This document shows positions 27,614 to 37,964 of a stretch of 64,000 nt of DNA, piece after piece. How positions within the stretch are numbered: the first letter of the stretch is position 1; every line of letters starts with the position of its first letter. The DNA is taken from contig OZ245365.1 of the NCBI GenBank assembly GCA_965226495.1, positions 4,000,001 to 4,064,000 on the forward strand. Direction: 5' to 3'. Position numbers and translations under genes: made by a program. The DNA is from Candidatus Marinacidobacterales bacterium (GTDB taxonomy: Bacteria > Acidobacteriota > Vicinamibacteria > Marinacidobacterales > DATDRI01). Below the pieces are notes generated by a model. It searched no databases. It saw only the letters and a list, made by a program, of their open reading frames with translations, and was not told the origin of the DNA.

Positions 27614-28624
27614 GTGATCCAAACGCTTTACATCGAGGAAGAAGTCTCGGAGCATCCGCGAACCAAAGAGGTCTGCGCTCGATTTCCAGGCGCGGCACGC
27701 ATTCCCATCACGCGCTACGGTGAGGTGTTCAATCGCAAGGGACAAAACTTCCGCCTACAGAAGAAGCGGCCGGCTCTGATCTTGGCCAAGAAGTACGGCC
27801 ATTTTGTGCTTCCCGCTCCCGACGGCTACGGCGTAGGTGGTCGGCGGAATTTTTATTTCTCACACATGCTGAACTGCCTCTATGACTGCCGCTATTGTTT
27901 TCTGCAAGGTATGTACCGCTCGGCCCACTACGTACTGTTCGTGAACTACGAAGAATTCGAGCAGGCGATGGCGACCACGCTGAGGGAGGCTCCGAACACG
28001 GAGACATACTTCTTTTCCGGATACGATTGCGACAGCTTAGCGCTGGAGTCGGTCACTCGCTTCTTCGAAAGCTTCTATTCCTTTTTCGCAGAGAACGACC
28101 GAGCGTGGTTCGAGCTTCGCACGAAGAGCGCTCAAATGAAACCGCTTCTCGCCGCGAAACCGCTGCCAAATGTCATTGTGGCCTTCAGTTTCACGCCGGA
28201 ACCGACCGGCCGCATCCTAGAGCACGGTGTACCGCCCCTCGCGCAACGCCTGGACGCCATCAAGGCTCTCGAAGACAAGGGCTGGAACGTCGGCCTACGC
28301 TTCGACCCCATGATCTACACCGACGATTATCACGACCGGTACCGGCGTCTCTTCGCCGATGTGTTCGGTCGGGTGCGAACCGATCGCCTCCACTCCGTGA
28401 GCCTGGGGCCCTTTCGTTTGCCGCGACCTTACTTCGATCAAATGTCGCGACTCTACCCGGACGAACGCTTGTTTGCCGGGCCACTGGTAACGAGAGGCAG
28501 GATGGTATCGTACCGGAAGGACAAGGAAGAGGAGATGGTGAGTTTCTGCACGCGGGAGCTCATGCCTTACATCTCCGAAGAAATATTCTTCCCCACGGAG
28601 ATGATGGAGACGGCTACCGGGTGA
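27614..28624 (+). CDS. Spore-photoproduct-lyase-like (SplB-family) radical SAM protein
   Basis: NCLYDCRYCFLQG CxxxCxxC; CDSLALE, ELRTKS, FSFTP, LRFDPMI; GTG start with AAAGGA. Confidence 0.85.
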   Translation: MIQTLYIEEEVSEHPRTKEVCARFPGAARIPITRYGEVFNRKGQNFRLQKKRPALILAKKYGHFVLPAPDGYGVGGRRNFYFSHMLNCLYDCRYCFLQGMYRSAHYVLFVNYEEFEQAMATTLREAPNTETYFFSGYDCDSLALESVTRFFESFYSFFAENDRAWFELRTKSAQMKPLLAAKPLPNVIVAFSFTPEPTGRILEHGVPPLAQRLDAIKALEDKGWNVGLRFDPMIYTDDYHDRYRRLFADVFGRVRTDRLHSVSLGPFRLPRPYFDQMSRLYPDERLFAGPLVTRGRMVSYRKDKEEEMVSFCTRELMPYISEEIFFPTEMMETATG

Positions 28625-29343
28625 ACCAAGGACCAAGGAAGATTCTGGTGACCGGCGCGAGCGCCGGTATCGGCGCCGCGATATGCCGCCGCCTCTTAGC
28701 CGACGGTCATCAGGTCGTGGGCGTAGCACGAGATTTCAGCAAGTTCGGACCTGCGGACGACCGATTCCACTCTGCAGCTATCGATCTGTCGGAGCTGGAT
28801 TCCCTTCCCGGGCGGCTTAAAGACCTGGCGCGCCAACACGAGGATGTGGACGCCGTCGTTTGCAACGCCGGGCGCGGGCAGTTCGGCTCCTTGGAGGAAT
28901 TCTCCTATCCACAAATCCGCTCGCTGGTCGACCTCAACTTCACGAGTCAGGCTTATGTCGCGCGCACGTTCCTCCCCAAGATGAAAGAGCGGGTAGGGGG
29001 AGACATCCTATTCATCGGTTCGGAGGCCGCGCTCAGCGGAGGACGAAGGGGAGCCGTTTACTCCGCCAGCAAATGGGCTCTTCGCGGATTCGCGCAAACG
29101 CTACGGGACGAGTGTGCCCGAAAAGGCGTGCGAGTCGCGGTCATCAATCCAGGAATGGTGAGAACGACGTTTTTCGAAGACCTGCATTTTGCTCCGGGAG
29201 ACGAAGAGGCGAATGCCCTGCTGCCCGAGGAGATCGCCGAGACCGTCGCGTTCGTGCTCTCTTCGCGACGAGGGGCGGTCTTCGATGAAATCAATCTTTC
29301 CCCGCTCAAGAAAGTCCTGAAGTTCAAGGACGGAAAGGACTAG
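28621..29343 (+). CDS. Short-chain dehydrogenase/reductase
   Basis: TGASAGIG, CNAG, YSASK, INPGMVRT; GTGA overlap with the radical SAM stop. Confidence 0.9.
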   Translation: MNQGPRKILVTGASAGIGAAICRRLLADGHQVVGVARDFSKFGPADDRFHSAAIDLSELDSLPGRLKDLARQHEDVDAVVCNAGRGQFGSLEEFSYPQIRSLVDLNFTSQAYVARTFLPKMKERVGGDILFIGSEAALSGGRRGAVYSASKWALRGFAQTLRDECARKGVRVAVINPGMVRTTFFEDLHFAPGDEEANALLPEEIAETVAFVLSSRRGAVFDEINLSPLKKVLKFKDGKD

Positions 29344-29352
29344 TTTCTCGCC

Positions 29353-29961
29353 ATGCGATATCAATTTTTGATCGACACTTATAGAACCGAGATCGCAAAG
29401 GTCCTGAGCGGCTGGGCGATGTTCGACGACGACGATCTGTACCAACGACCTCACCCTTCCGACAAACGCGGCCGCAACTTTTTAGAGCACATGGTTCACC
29501 AGAGCATGAGCGAGAACCTTTGGTTCAAGACCATGCTCGGGATCTCGGTCACCGAGAATCCCCTTCCCCCCGAGGAGACGCGCCTATCCTTTATGAAGCA
29601 CTACGCCGAGAACGCGTCCAAGAGGTTAGCCGCTCTCGAGCAAAAGGACGAGGCCTGGTGGGAAGAGATGGTGGACTTTTTCGAGGTGAAGCGATCACGA
29701 GCCTGGGTAATGACCAGGCGCATCGCTCACACCTCTCATCATCGCGGTCAGCAAACCACGCTACTACGCATGGTCAATCATGACCTCCACAGCACCTACG
29801 GCCCGAGCGCTGACACCGGTGGGCTGATGGCGAACAAGGCACCCGTTATCTATGCGTATCCCAACGTCGAGAGGCTTCTCGAGGAAGAGTCCGGGGGCCG
29901 TAAGAAGACCGCGCTTCCTGGGCCGGGAGACAAACCACCCACGGAGCGGCCCGCGAGCTGA
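29353..29961 (+). CDS. DinB-family protein
   Basis: EHMVHQ, RRIAHTSHHRGQ, STYGPSAD. Confidence 0.8.
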   Translation: MRYQFLIDTYRTEIAKVLSGWAMFDDDDLYQRPHPSDKRGRNFLEHMVHQSMSENLWFKTMLGISVTENPLPPEETRLSFMKHYAENASKRLAALEQKDEAWWEEMVDFFEVKRSRAWVMTRRIAHTSHHRGQQTTLLRMVNHDLHSTYGPSADTGGLMANKAPVIYAYPNVERLLEEESGGRKKTALPGPGDKPPTERPAS

Positions 29962-29966
29962 CACCC

Positions 29967-31490
29967 TTGCAAGGTCGGCAGCGCCAGCAGATACAAGCTG
30001 CGGCGCTCGCATTGTTGACTCTGCTGTTTCACGTACTGACCGCCAAGGGATATGGATATTTTCGCGATGAGCTCTACTACGTGGCCTGCTCCGAGCACTT
30101 GGCGCTTGGCTATGTGGATCACCCGCCGCTCATCGCACTCGTAACCTGGCTCGGCCGGGCGGTTCTTGGCGACTCCATTTATGCGCTGCGATTCTTCCCC
30201 GCAGTGTGCGCCGCCGGTACGGTCTACCTGACGGCATGCATCGCCCGCGATCTCGATGGCGGTCGGTTCGCCCAATCGGTAGCGGCAATCGCGGTGGCAT
30301 TGGCGCCGGTTTATCTCAGCTTATTCACCATCTTGTCGATGAACGCCTTGGACGTCTTTCTATGGACCGTGGCTCTGTGGATCGTGACCCACATTCTGAA
30401 GACCGGGGATCTTCGTGGGTGGCTCGCGTTTGGCCTGGTTGCCGGATTCGGACTCCAAAACAAACTGAGTTTCCTCTTCCTTGGGTTCGGTGTCGTCGTT
30501 GGCCTTCTCATCTCCCGCGACTGGCGTCACTTTACTAGTCCGTGGTTATGGCTGGCTGGATTGCTAGCACTCGGTATTTTTTCACCACACATTGGGTGGC
30601 AGGCCGCCAACGGCTGGCCGACTCTCGAGTTCATGGAGAACGCGCGGCTTTATAAAAACCTGCCGCTGTCTCCATTAGCCTTCCTAACAGCGCAAGCGGA
30701 GATGATGAACGTCGTCGCTCTGCCACTGTGGCTGGCGGGTCTCGGCTTTTACTTCTTTGCGCGGGATGGGCGCTCGTACCGAGCGTTTGGCTGGATGTAT
30801 CTCGCCGTGCTTTTGGTCATGATGACCCAGCATGCCAAGGCCTACTATCTTGCTCCGATTTACCCCGTGTTTTTCGCCGCCGGAGCCATCGTCTTGGATC
30901 GCCTCGCATCACGTCACCGATTGGGTTGGCTCAGAATCGCCGCACCGGTGGTTCTGGTCCTCTCCGGACTCGTCTTCGCGCCGCTCTCAAAACCTCTTCT
31001 TCCCGTCGATTCCTACGTTGCCTATGCAACGGCGCTAGGCCAGGAGCCCGACACCGGAGAGCGCAAGGAACTAGCGCGACTCCCACAATTCTTCGCCGAC
31101 ATGCACGGTTGGCCCGAAATGGTCGCCACCGTCGCCGACGCCTACGGTAAGTTGCCACCAGCCGATCGGGAGCGAGCCTGTTTTTTCGGCATGAATTACG
31201 GCCAGGCCGGCGCAGTCGATTTCTTCGGTGCCGCGTATGGCCTTCCCAAGGCGATGTCAGGACACAACGCCTATTTTCTTTGGGGACCGGGTGAGTGTAG
31301 CGGAGAGGTCATCCTCGCCTTCGACGACGACAGCGACGCGCTCGACGCGCTATTTCATGAAGTGGAGCAAGTCGGCGTTTTCACTTGCGAGGACTGCATG
31401 CCTTACGAGAACAATCAAAAGCTGTGGGTGGGCCGTGGGCCCCGAGTCTCAATAGAAGATGCGTGGGAAAGAACCAAGAATTACGACTGA
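29967..31490 (+). CDS. GT39/ArnT-like membrane glycosyltransferase
   Basis: GYFRDELYY, GYVDHPPL; many TMs; NYGQAGA, SGHNAYFLWG. Confidence 0.85.
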   Translation: MQGRQRQQIQAAALALLTLLFHVLTAKGYGYFRDELYYVACSEHLALGYVDHPPLIALVTWLGRAVLGDSIYALRFFPAVCAAGTVYLTACIARDLDGGRFAQSVAAIAVALAPVYLSLFTILSMNALDVFLWTVALWIVTHILKTGDLRGWLAFGLVAGFGLQNKLSFLFLGFGVVVGLLISRDWRHFTSPWLWLAGLLALGIFSPHIGWQAANGWPTLEFMENARLYKNLPLSPLAFLTAQAEMMNVVALPLWLAGLGFYFFARDGRSYRAFGWMYLAVLLVMMTQHAKAYYLAPIYPVFFAAGAIVLDRLASRHRLGWLRIAAPVVLVLSGLVFAPLSKPLLPVDSYVAYATALGQEPDTGERKELARLPQFFADMHGWPEMVATVADAYGKLPPADRERACFFGMNYGQAGAVDFFGAAYGLPKAMSGHNAYFLWGPGECSGEVILAFDDDSDALDALFHEVEQVGVFTCEDCMPYENNQKLWVGRGPRVSIEDAWERTKNYD

Positions 31491-31822
31491 ATCGGACCTG
31501 TTACCCAATGGGCAAATGTCAGGCGCTCGAATTTTCCCCACCGGATGGGGGTGTGCGGTCCGACTGAGTCCCGGTGAGGGCAGCAGAACTCGAGCAAGCG
31601 AGACAAAACGGTTGAGGGGTGTCTGCCGACGGGGGGCCTGGGTGTGAAGTGACACTCCGAGCGCCTCGTACCGGCGCATCGGACGACTTGTTGGCCGGTG
31701 ATGGATTGCAGGAGGTTTTTCCTTTTTCGATAGGCGGCGCTCTCGATCGGTAGACCTTCCTGGGAGGCAGCGATCCCTGAGGCAAGAAGCGAGACAGCGC
31801 AGGCGGCGAGCAATCGAGGCAT

Positions 31823-33460
31823 CTACCCCAACGTCTCCAGGAGCCCTGGCTCTTTTCGATGGTGGGTTGCTTGCTCGTAGGCGTACGCGATGCCGATCAG
31901 AATTGGTTCGCTCCACCTCCTTCCGAAGAAAGAGACCCCGACCGGCAAGCTGGAAACAAAACCCATTGGGATCGTGATGTCGGGATAGCCGGCGATCGCG
32001 GCCGGGCCTGCACTAGACCCGCCGCCGAGGCTGTCGCCAAGAATGTGGTCCGTGAGCCATCCTGGACCGCGAGTGGGGGCGACGATGGCGTCCAGGTTGT
32101 GCTCGTTCATCAGAGCGTCAATACCCTCCTCGCGGGTGTAGCGCTGGATGGTGCGGACGGCCGTCAAGTACTCCTCGTCTTCGAGGGACCCCGACTCTTC
32201 GGATTCGATGAGCCGCTCTTGTCCGAAGTACGGCATCTCTCGATCGCTGTTCTCGATGTTGAGCGCAATGAGCTCGGTCAAGCTCTTCACGGGCGCATCG
32301 GGCCCCAGGCTCTCGAAATAACGGTTGATCCCGTCTTTGAACTCGTAGTTGAGCACCGTCATCGGCAATTCCTCGAACACTGAACCGGTGTCCAGGTGGG
32401 GCAGGTTGGCCGGGTCCACGACGACGGCGCCCGCGGCCTTCATGTCCTCGACGGCTTTGTCGAAGAGAGCGAGGACGCGGTTGTCGAAGCCGGAAAAATT
32501 GCGGGCGACGCCGATGCGCGCGCCTTCGAGCCCGGCCGGGTCGAGAAACTGCGTGTAGTCGGTATGAAAGTTGCCTTCGCTCGCTGCGGTGGCGCTGTCG
32601 CGGGGGTCGACGCCCGTCACCGTACCGAGAAGCGCGGCCGCGTCCGCGAGCGTGCGCGTCATCGGGCCGGCGCTGTCCTGGGAGTGCGAGATCGGAATGA
32701 TCCCGGAGCGGCTCCAGAGGCCCACGGTCGGTTTGATGCCGACGATGCCGTTGATCGACGAGGGGCACATGATGGATCCGCCCGTCTCCGTTCCGATCGT
32801 GAGCGCCGCGAGGTTCGCCGAAGCGGCGACGCCGGAGCCCGAGCTCGACCCGCACGGGTTTCGATCGAGAGCATAGGGATTGCGGCACTGCCCGCCGCGC
32901 GCGCTCCATCCGCTCGTCGCCTTCAGCCCGCGCCAGTAGGCCCACTCACTCATGTTGGCTTTGGCCAGGATGATGGCGCCCGCTTCGCGCAGCTTTTGTG
33001 CGACGAACGAATCTTGCGGTGGGATGGAGCCCTCGAGCGCGAGCGACCCGGCCGTCGTGGTCATCTGATCGTGCGTGTCGATATTGTCTTTGATGGCGAC
33101 GGGGATTCCGTGAAGCGGGCCGCGGGGCCCGATCGACGCCCGTTCGGCATCCAGAGCGTCAGCAATCGAAAGGGCCTCCGGGTTGGTCTCGATGATCGAC
33201 CGCAATTCCGGTCCCTGACGATCGAGCGCCTCGATGCGGGCGAGGTACGCTTCCGTAATGGAGCGCGCCGTCCATCGTCCCGAAGCCATGCCTTCTTGTA
33301 GCTCCGCGACGGTGACTTCGGAGAGCTCGAAAGGCTCGTTCCACGTCGCTGCCGCGTCGTCGGAGCCGTCCGGCGCTTGCGCGGGGTCGCATCCTATCGG
33401 CCCGGTGAGAAGTGTGGCGCTACCCAACGCCGTGTACCCAAGAAAACGTCTACGATTCAT
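31823..33460 (-). CDS. Amidase-signature family amidase with Tat signal
   Basis: MNRRRFL; IKDNIDT, GSSSGSG, GTETGGSI. Confidence 0.9.
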   Translation of the reverse strand: MNRRRFLGYTALGSATLLTGPIGCDPAQAPDGSDDAAATWNEPFELSEVTVAELQEGMASGRWTARSITEAYLARIEALDRQGPELRSIIETNPEALSIADALDAERASIGPRGPLHGIPVAIKDNIDTHDQMTTTAGSLALEGSIPPQDSFVAQKLREAGAIILAKANMSEWAYWRGLKATSGWSARGGQCRNPYALDRNPCGSSSGSGVAASANLAALTIGTETGGSIMCPSSINGIVGIKPTVGLWSRSGIIPISHSQDSAGPMTRTLADAAALLGTVTGVDPRDSATAASEGNFHTDYTQFLDPAGLEGARIGVARNFSGFDNRVLALFDKAVEDMKAAGAVVVDPANLPHLDTGSVFEELPMTVLNYEFKDGINRYFESLGPDAPVKSLTELIALNIENSDREMPYFGQERLIESEESGSLEDEEYLTAVRTIQRYTREEGIDALMNEHNLDAIVAPTRGPGWLTDHILGDSLGGGSSAGPAAIAGYPDITIPMGFVSSLPVGVSFFGRRWSEPILIGIAYAYEQATHHRKEPGLLETLG

Positions 33461-33584
33461 GACGGACTCCTCCTCCTCGGCGAAGCCTAGCATCAATTGG
33501 CTTCGATCCTCACCACCGCCTCGTCACAACCCGGGCAAAGAGTCGACTTGCCTTCCCGGTAGAGCCCGCGAACGACCGCGCTGG

Positions 33585-34985
33585 CTACTCGTATCCGGTG
33601 AAATCCTCACCCGGCTTGATGTTCGGGAACTCCTGCATGCTCTTCGCCTTCTCGTTGAGGATCGTTCTCATCGGCCCGTAGACCCACGAGTAGATGGCGA
33701 GTGGGGAATGCATCAAGTTGGTCACCTCTCCTGGATCGTTGGCGACGTCGTAGACCCGAGGGAACTGATAGGTCTGAGCGGGTGCCCAGAGGCTCTCGTA
33801 CGTCTTGAGGTGAATCTTGAAGGTTCGCCATTTCACCGAAGCTAGTTCCGCTCCGATATAGCAGAGAACGTATTCCCGGTTGGATGTCTCCTGTTTGCCG
33901 AGAAGGAAGTCTGCCTGATTGACGCCGTCGATCGGTCGGTCGGTCGGTATCCGCGCTTCCTCACCGACCAGGTGAGCCAACGTCGGCATCCAATCCAGAC
34001 TCGCGAAGACCGCATCGGACACGCGCCCCGCCTCGATGTATCCCGGCCATCGGACCATGCCCACCGTGCGCACGCCGCCTTCGTAGCCGGTGAAACCGCC
34101 CCGCCACGGTCCGTTCGACCCGCCGCCCATGCCGTCCGGAACGGTCCCGTTGTCCCCCGAGAGGATCACGATGGTGTCGTCCTCGATGCCGGACGCTTGT
34201 AGCTTGTCCAGAATGCGACCGACGTTGTAGTCGACCTCCATGAGGATGTCGCCGTAAATTCCCGTTCCGGACGCGTTGTCGAAATCGGGATGATGACCGT
34301 ACGGCGGGTGTATCTGGGTCACAGCCATATAGAGAAAGAAGGACCGTCCCGCGCCTGCCTGCGCTTCGATAAAGGCTTCCGACCGCTCCACGATCTCTCG
34401 ATCGATCGTTTTGCGGCTCTCCAGGTTGAATGGCCCTACCTTTGTGGAAGGTTTTCCGGAAACGCCTTCCCAGATGTAGGGCTGGGGAAAGACCTTGGGG
34501 TCGAACTGCGGAGTCGATGAGTAGCCGGCCTCGTCGCTGGAGTTCTTGATCCCGAACCACTCGTCGAAGCCCTGGTCGGTCGGAAGTCGACCCTCCACGT
34601 CGCCGAGATGCCATTTCCCGAAATGCGCGGTGGCGTAGCCGGCGTCGGAAAGCAACTCCGGTAGCGTGTACTCCCAGAGCGCCAGGCCGTACGGCATGCC
34701 GTACGTCACCTGGTGGGTCCCCGAACGAATCGGAAGCCGGCCGGTCATGATGGCCGAGCGAGTGGGTGTGCACTGCGTCTCCACGTTGAAGTTGGTGAGG
34801 CGCAGCCCTGTCTGGGCGAGAGCATCGATGCGCGGCGTCGGCACCGAGCCACCCTGGATGCGGATGTCGCCCCAGCCCCAGTTGTCGACGAGGATGTACA
34901 CGATGTTGGGTTTGGACGCTTGAGCCGAGACAGTTGTCGCTAGCACCGCCAGAGCGGCAACAGTGATGGCAATCCGAGTTTTCAT
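33585..34985 (-). CDS. Arylsulfatase (FGly-dependent)
   Basis: Signal peptide, CTPTRSAIMTG, GKWHLG, GDNG. Confidence 0.9.
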   Translation of the reverse strand: MKTRIAITVAALAVLATTVSAQASKPNIVYILVDNWGWGDIRIQGGSVPTPRIDALAQTGLRLTNFNVETQCTPTRSAIMTGRLPIRSGTHQVTYGMPYGLALWEYTLPELLSDAGYATAHFGKWHLGDVEGRLPTDQGFDEWFGIKNSSDEAGYSSTPQFDPKVFPQPYIWEGVSGKPSTKVGPFNLESRKTIDREIVERSEAFIEAQAGAGRSFFLYMAVTQIHPPYGHHPDFDNASGTGIYGDILMEVDYNVGRILDKLQASGIEDDTIVILSGDNGTVPDGMGGGSNGPWRGGFTGYEGGVRTVGMVRWPGYIEAGRVSDAVFASLDWMPTLAHLVGEEARIPTDRPIDGVNQADFLLGKQETSNREYVLCYIGAELASVKWRTFKIHLKTYESLWAPAQTYQFPRVYDVANDPGEVTNLMHSPLAIYSWVYGPMRTILNEKAKSMQEFPNIKPGEDFTGYE

Positions 34986-35257
34986 CCTACGTTCCCCCGA
35001 GCAAGTATTGGCTATCTGGAAATAACTGGCCCGACCATAGTGTCGGCCCTGATTTCCATATACCCCTCGAACCCCGAGCAGTCAAAAGCAAGAACTTGCA
35101 CGCCGAAATCAGAGCCCCCAGGGGGCCGACCGCCTCGTCACGACCTGGGCTCGGCGAGAGGGGCGATGACTTTCATTGCCCCGCGAGCGCAAATCATGCC
35201 CGGAAATGATACACTCCGCTATCTTATCGAACTGTTATCCAAGGAGACCGAACCTCT

Positions 35258-35698
35258 ATGTCCGTCGAAAAACCTGATTACCATGATGCCGACCTCGTTC
35301 TGCGGGTCTACGAAATGCGCCGGGAGGCCAAGTCTCGCGAGGCCCGCGACCTGTTGAACTTCGGGTTCTGGCCGAAGAGCTATGACGATGTCAAAGCCGT
35401 CCAGCAAGCCGATAATCCGATGAACTTTGCCTGGCGCCAGCTGAGCGCGTACTGGGAAATGGTGTTTTCGATGGGTCGAAATGGAATCGTTAACGCCGAC
35501 TACCTGATAGAAAACAACGGAGAGGGCTTGTTCTTCTTCGCGAAGATAGCTCCTTACCTCGAAGACATCCGGCGTGACGGCTCTGCAAACGCATTCAAAA
35601 ACGTTGAGTGGGCCACGACGGCAAGCGAAAACGGTCGGAATACGTTCGCCTACATTCAGGAGGTTATCAAAAAGCGCACCGAGTCCTATCAAAAGTGA
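35258..35698 (+). CDS. Conserved hypothetical protein (DUF4760-like)
   Basis: DADLVLRVYEMRRE..REAR, YWEMV; AAGGAG RBS. Confidence 0.7.
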   Translation: MSVEKPDYHDADLVLRVYEMRREAKSREARDLLNFGFWPKSYDDVKAVQQADNPMNFAWRQLSAYWEMVFSMGRNGIVNADYLIENNGEGLFFFAKIAPYLEDIRRDGSANAFKNVEWATTASENGRNTFAYIQEVIKKRTESYQK

Positions 35699-35785
35699 GG
35701 TCCGGTCGCTGTCGTCGACCCGCCATGCATGGGCCGCATGGGCCGCAAGGACGAGGCGCCGGGTTCGGTGGCCTGAAGAACTCGA

Positions 35786-36586
35786 CTAAAGGTTGGAGCG
35801 CGCTTCTTTGACCATCGCCACCAGCACCTTCCGGCAATCCCCAGCCGTCTTGACCTCACCGGGGAAGCCAATCCGCACCGAACGAACGCGTTCCGTCGTT
35901 TTGAGGCGAACGTGAAAGCCCAGCCGATCGACGGAAGTCATCTTGGCTTCGCTGGCTGTGATCTTCTTCATGTGTTTTGCGATGTCGAGCATGGCCGCCT
36001 CGTGGTCGGCGTTCATGTGCTCGATGATTCCACCGGCTGATTCCGCCAACGGATCCGACTCCGCTGCGGCGTAGTCGGAGGAGGTGACCCACCCCATGAC
36101 GCCGAAACCGCCGACGAAGTAGAGCTCGATCACATCTAAGCGCCAGAAGGAGAAATCTTTGAAGTCGACGTAGTATTTGGCGTTCTCGTGGCGGGCAAGG
36201 TAAGTCTCTCGCGCTGATTCCAGGTCGGACTCGGGAACTTTGGTCGCCGAGCCGACGAGAGTGAGGCGGGCGGCTCCCAGCGGATCGGTCTGGGCCTCAG
36301 GGACGGTGATGAATAGACTGGCGCGAGCGTTCTTGGCCAGGTTCTGAGTATGCATGGCCATGCCGCTGATAAGGAAGATGGGGCGTCCCTTGGCGTCCAA
36401 GGCGAAGGGCATGGTAGAACCGAAGGGGAATCCTTCGACCTTGTTCGAATGCGTCGAGAGGACGCCCTGCCCATTCGTCGAGGCGATCGTCCGTGCGCGC
36501 TCGGCGTAGGAGGTCTCCGGAGCGGGGTTGATGTCCTCGGGTTCCGTCGTGTAGGAATGTTCTCGGGTCTTTGTTTCTTTAGTCAC
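35786..36586 (-). CDS. HugZ-family split-barrel flavin/heme protein with DUF2470 domain
   Basis: GFPFGS, AMHTQNL, YFVGGFG, HMNADH, VDRLGF. Confidence 0.85.
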   Translation of the reverse strand: MTKETKTREHSYTTEPEDINPAPETSYAERARTIASTNGQGVLSTHSNKVEGFPFGSTMPFALDAKGRPIFLISGMAMHTQNLAKNARASLFITVPEAQTDPLGAARLTLVGSATKVPESDLESARETYLARHENAKYYVDFKDFSFWRLDVIELYFVGGFGVMGWVTSSDYAAAESDPLAESAGGIIEHMNADHEAAMLDIAKHMKKITASEAKMTSVDRLGFHVRLKTTERVRSVRIGFPGEVKTAGDCRKVLVAMVKEARSNL

Positions 36587-36598
36587 TTAGATTGTATT

Positions 36599-37483
36599 TT
36601 ACTCCACATCCTTCACACATCGAAAACCGGTGTCCACATAACTGTTTGACTGGACATCACTGGTCCGTCTCGAGCAGCGCATCAATCCCGGCCTTCCGTC
36701 CCAGGAGTTCCCGCGCATCACCCTTCGTTCGTTGGGCACATCATTTATAGGATTCTTTTCCGAGCTCCGGTTGTAGTAATCTGCATCGAAGTAGTCGGCA
36801 CACCATTCCCAAGCATTGCCGGACATGTCGTACAATCCGAAAGAGTTGGGCGCGAAGGAGCCCACAGGAGAGGAATAAAGTGTATCCGTCATCATATCCC
36901 TCGGTATAGGGCCAGTCTGTGACGACCTTTATTAGATTCTCGTCGGAGACATTGGCCGCGACTTCTGGCCCCAAGGGATCGTTGCCCCAAGCATACTTGT
37001 AACCTTTTGACCCACTGCGACAGGCGTATTCCCATTCGGCCTCGGTGGGCAAGCGTTTTCCAGCCCAGTGGGCGTAGGCGTTGGCATCGTTCCAGCTCAG
37101 ATGCGTCACCGGATGTTTGTTTTCCTCTGCTTGGCGCAGATTACCCATTTCGTCGAACCTCCAGTTGATCCCCGGTCTCATCTCCCAGCCTTCTCCACCC
37201 CATGTATAACCGCCATCATTTTTCTCGGCATTAGTGACATAGTTTGTGGCATCCACAAATTTTCGAAATTCTTCTACCGTGACTTCATGGTAGCCATGTA
37301 AAACACATCCACTTCCACCTCATGAACGGGTTTCTCCATGTCTTGACCGTTGGCATCACCCATCATGAACGATCCGCCGGGAATTAAAACCATCCCGGGA
37401 TGGTGGGTTTGTGATGTCTGACCAGTGGGCATGAGGGCCATTGCCGTGATACCTATCAACGCGGGTAAAAACAGTTTTGTCAT
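36599..37483 (-). pseudogene. FGE-sulfatase (SUMF1/EgtB/PvdO)-family protein split by two single-base frameshifts
   Basis: FMMG..EKPVH; HPVTHLSWNDA, RLPTEAEWEYA; PNSFGLYDMSGNAWEW, GFRC spread over three frames. Confidence 0.85.
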
Positions 37484-37964
37484 TGTTGTATCTCCGTCAT
37501 GACTAATACGGCGCCACGAAGGCATTGTTGGCACTTCGATCGCCGCCGAGCCCGTATGGATCGTCGTGATGGAACTGCAGTCCTCGGCGCTCGGGACATC
37601 GATCTCTTTACTAAGGATTCACAACAGTCGGCGCGCTCCCGCAGGGTACGGTTGGATACGTCCATCCCGGCCATGCCGCGAAACGTGGAGACCACGATCA
37701 GGTCGAGAGGCTCGGGCCTTTCCGCTTCGCGGAAGCCGCGAAAGCGCAGCATCGGTGGGGGCTCCTCGTAAAGCGGAAGGGCTTCATCGCTTCTCGGTGC
37801 AGTACGCAAACATTGGGAACGGGGCGTTTCAGTATCCGGAGTTCTCCGGGCTCGTAGTCCACGAGCTTGCGTCGGGTCTCCTTCACAGGGCTTCACGACA
37901 GCAACGTAACCAAAGCCGCCGGGATAGGACGCTCGTCCTCGATAGACGAGAGGCCGACGCCGTC

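Noticed and set aside
27895-28620. N-terminal extension of the SDR ORF (482 aa)
   Set aside because: Overlaps the radical SAM gene; the real start is GTG at 28621
31517-31660. IS21-like terminal sequence TGTCAGGCGCTCGAATTTTCCCCA
   Set aside because: No convincing partner end, target duplication or transposase; at most a scar
37500-37960. Possible genes between the FGE-like and CAP genes
   Set aside because: Only a TPR-like fragment (DEALPLYEE) on the minus strand; no coherent ORF
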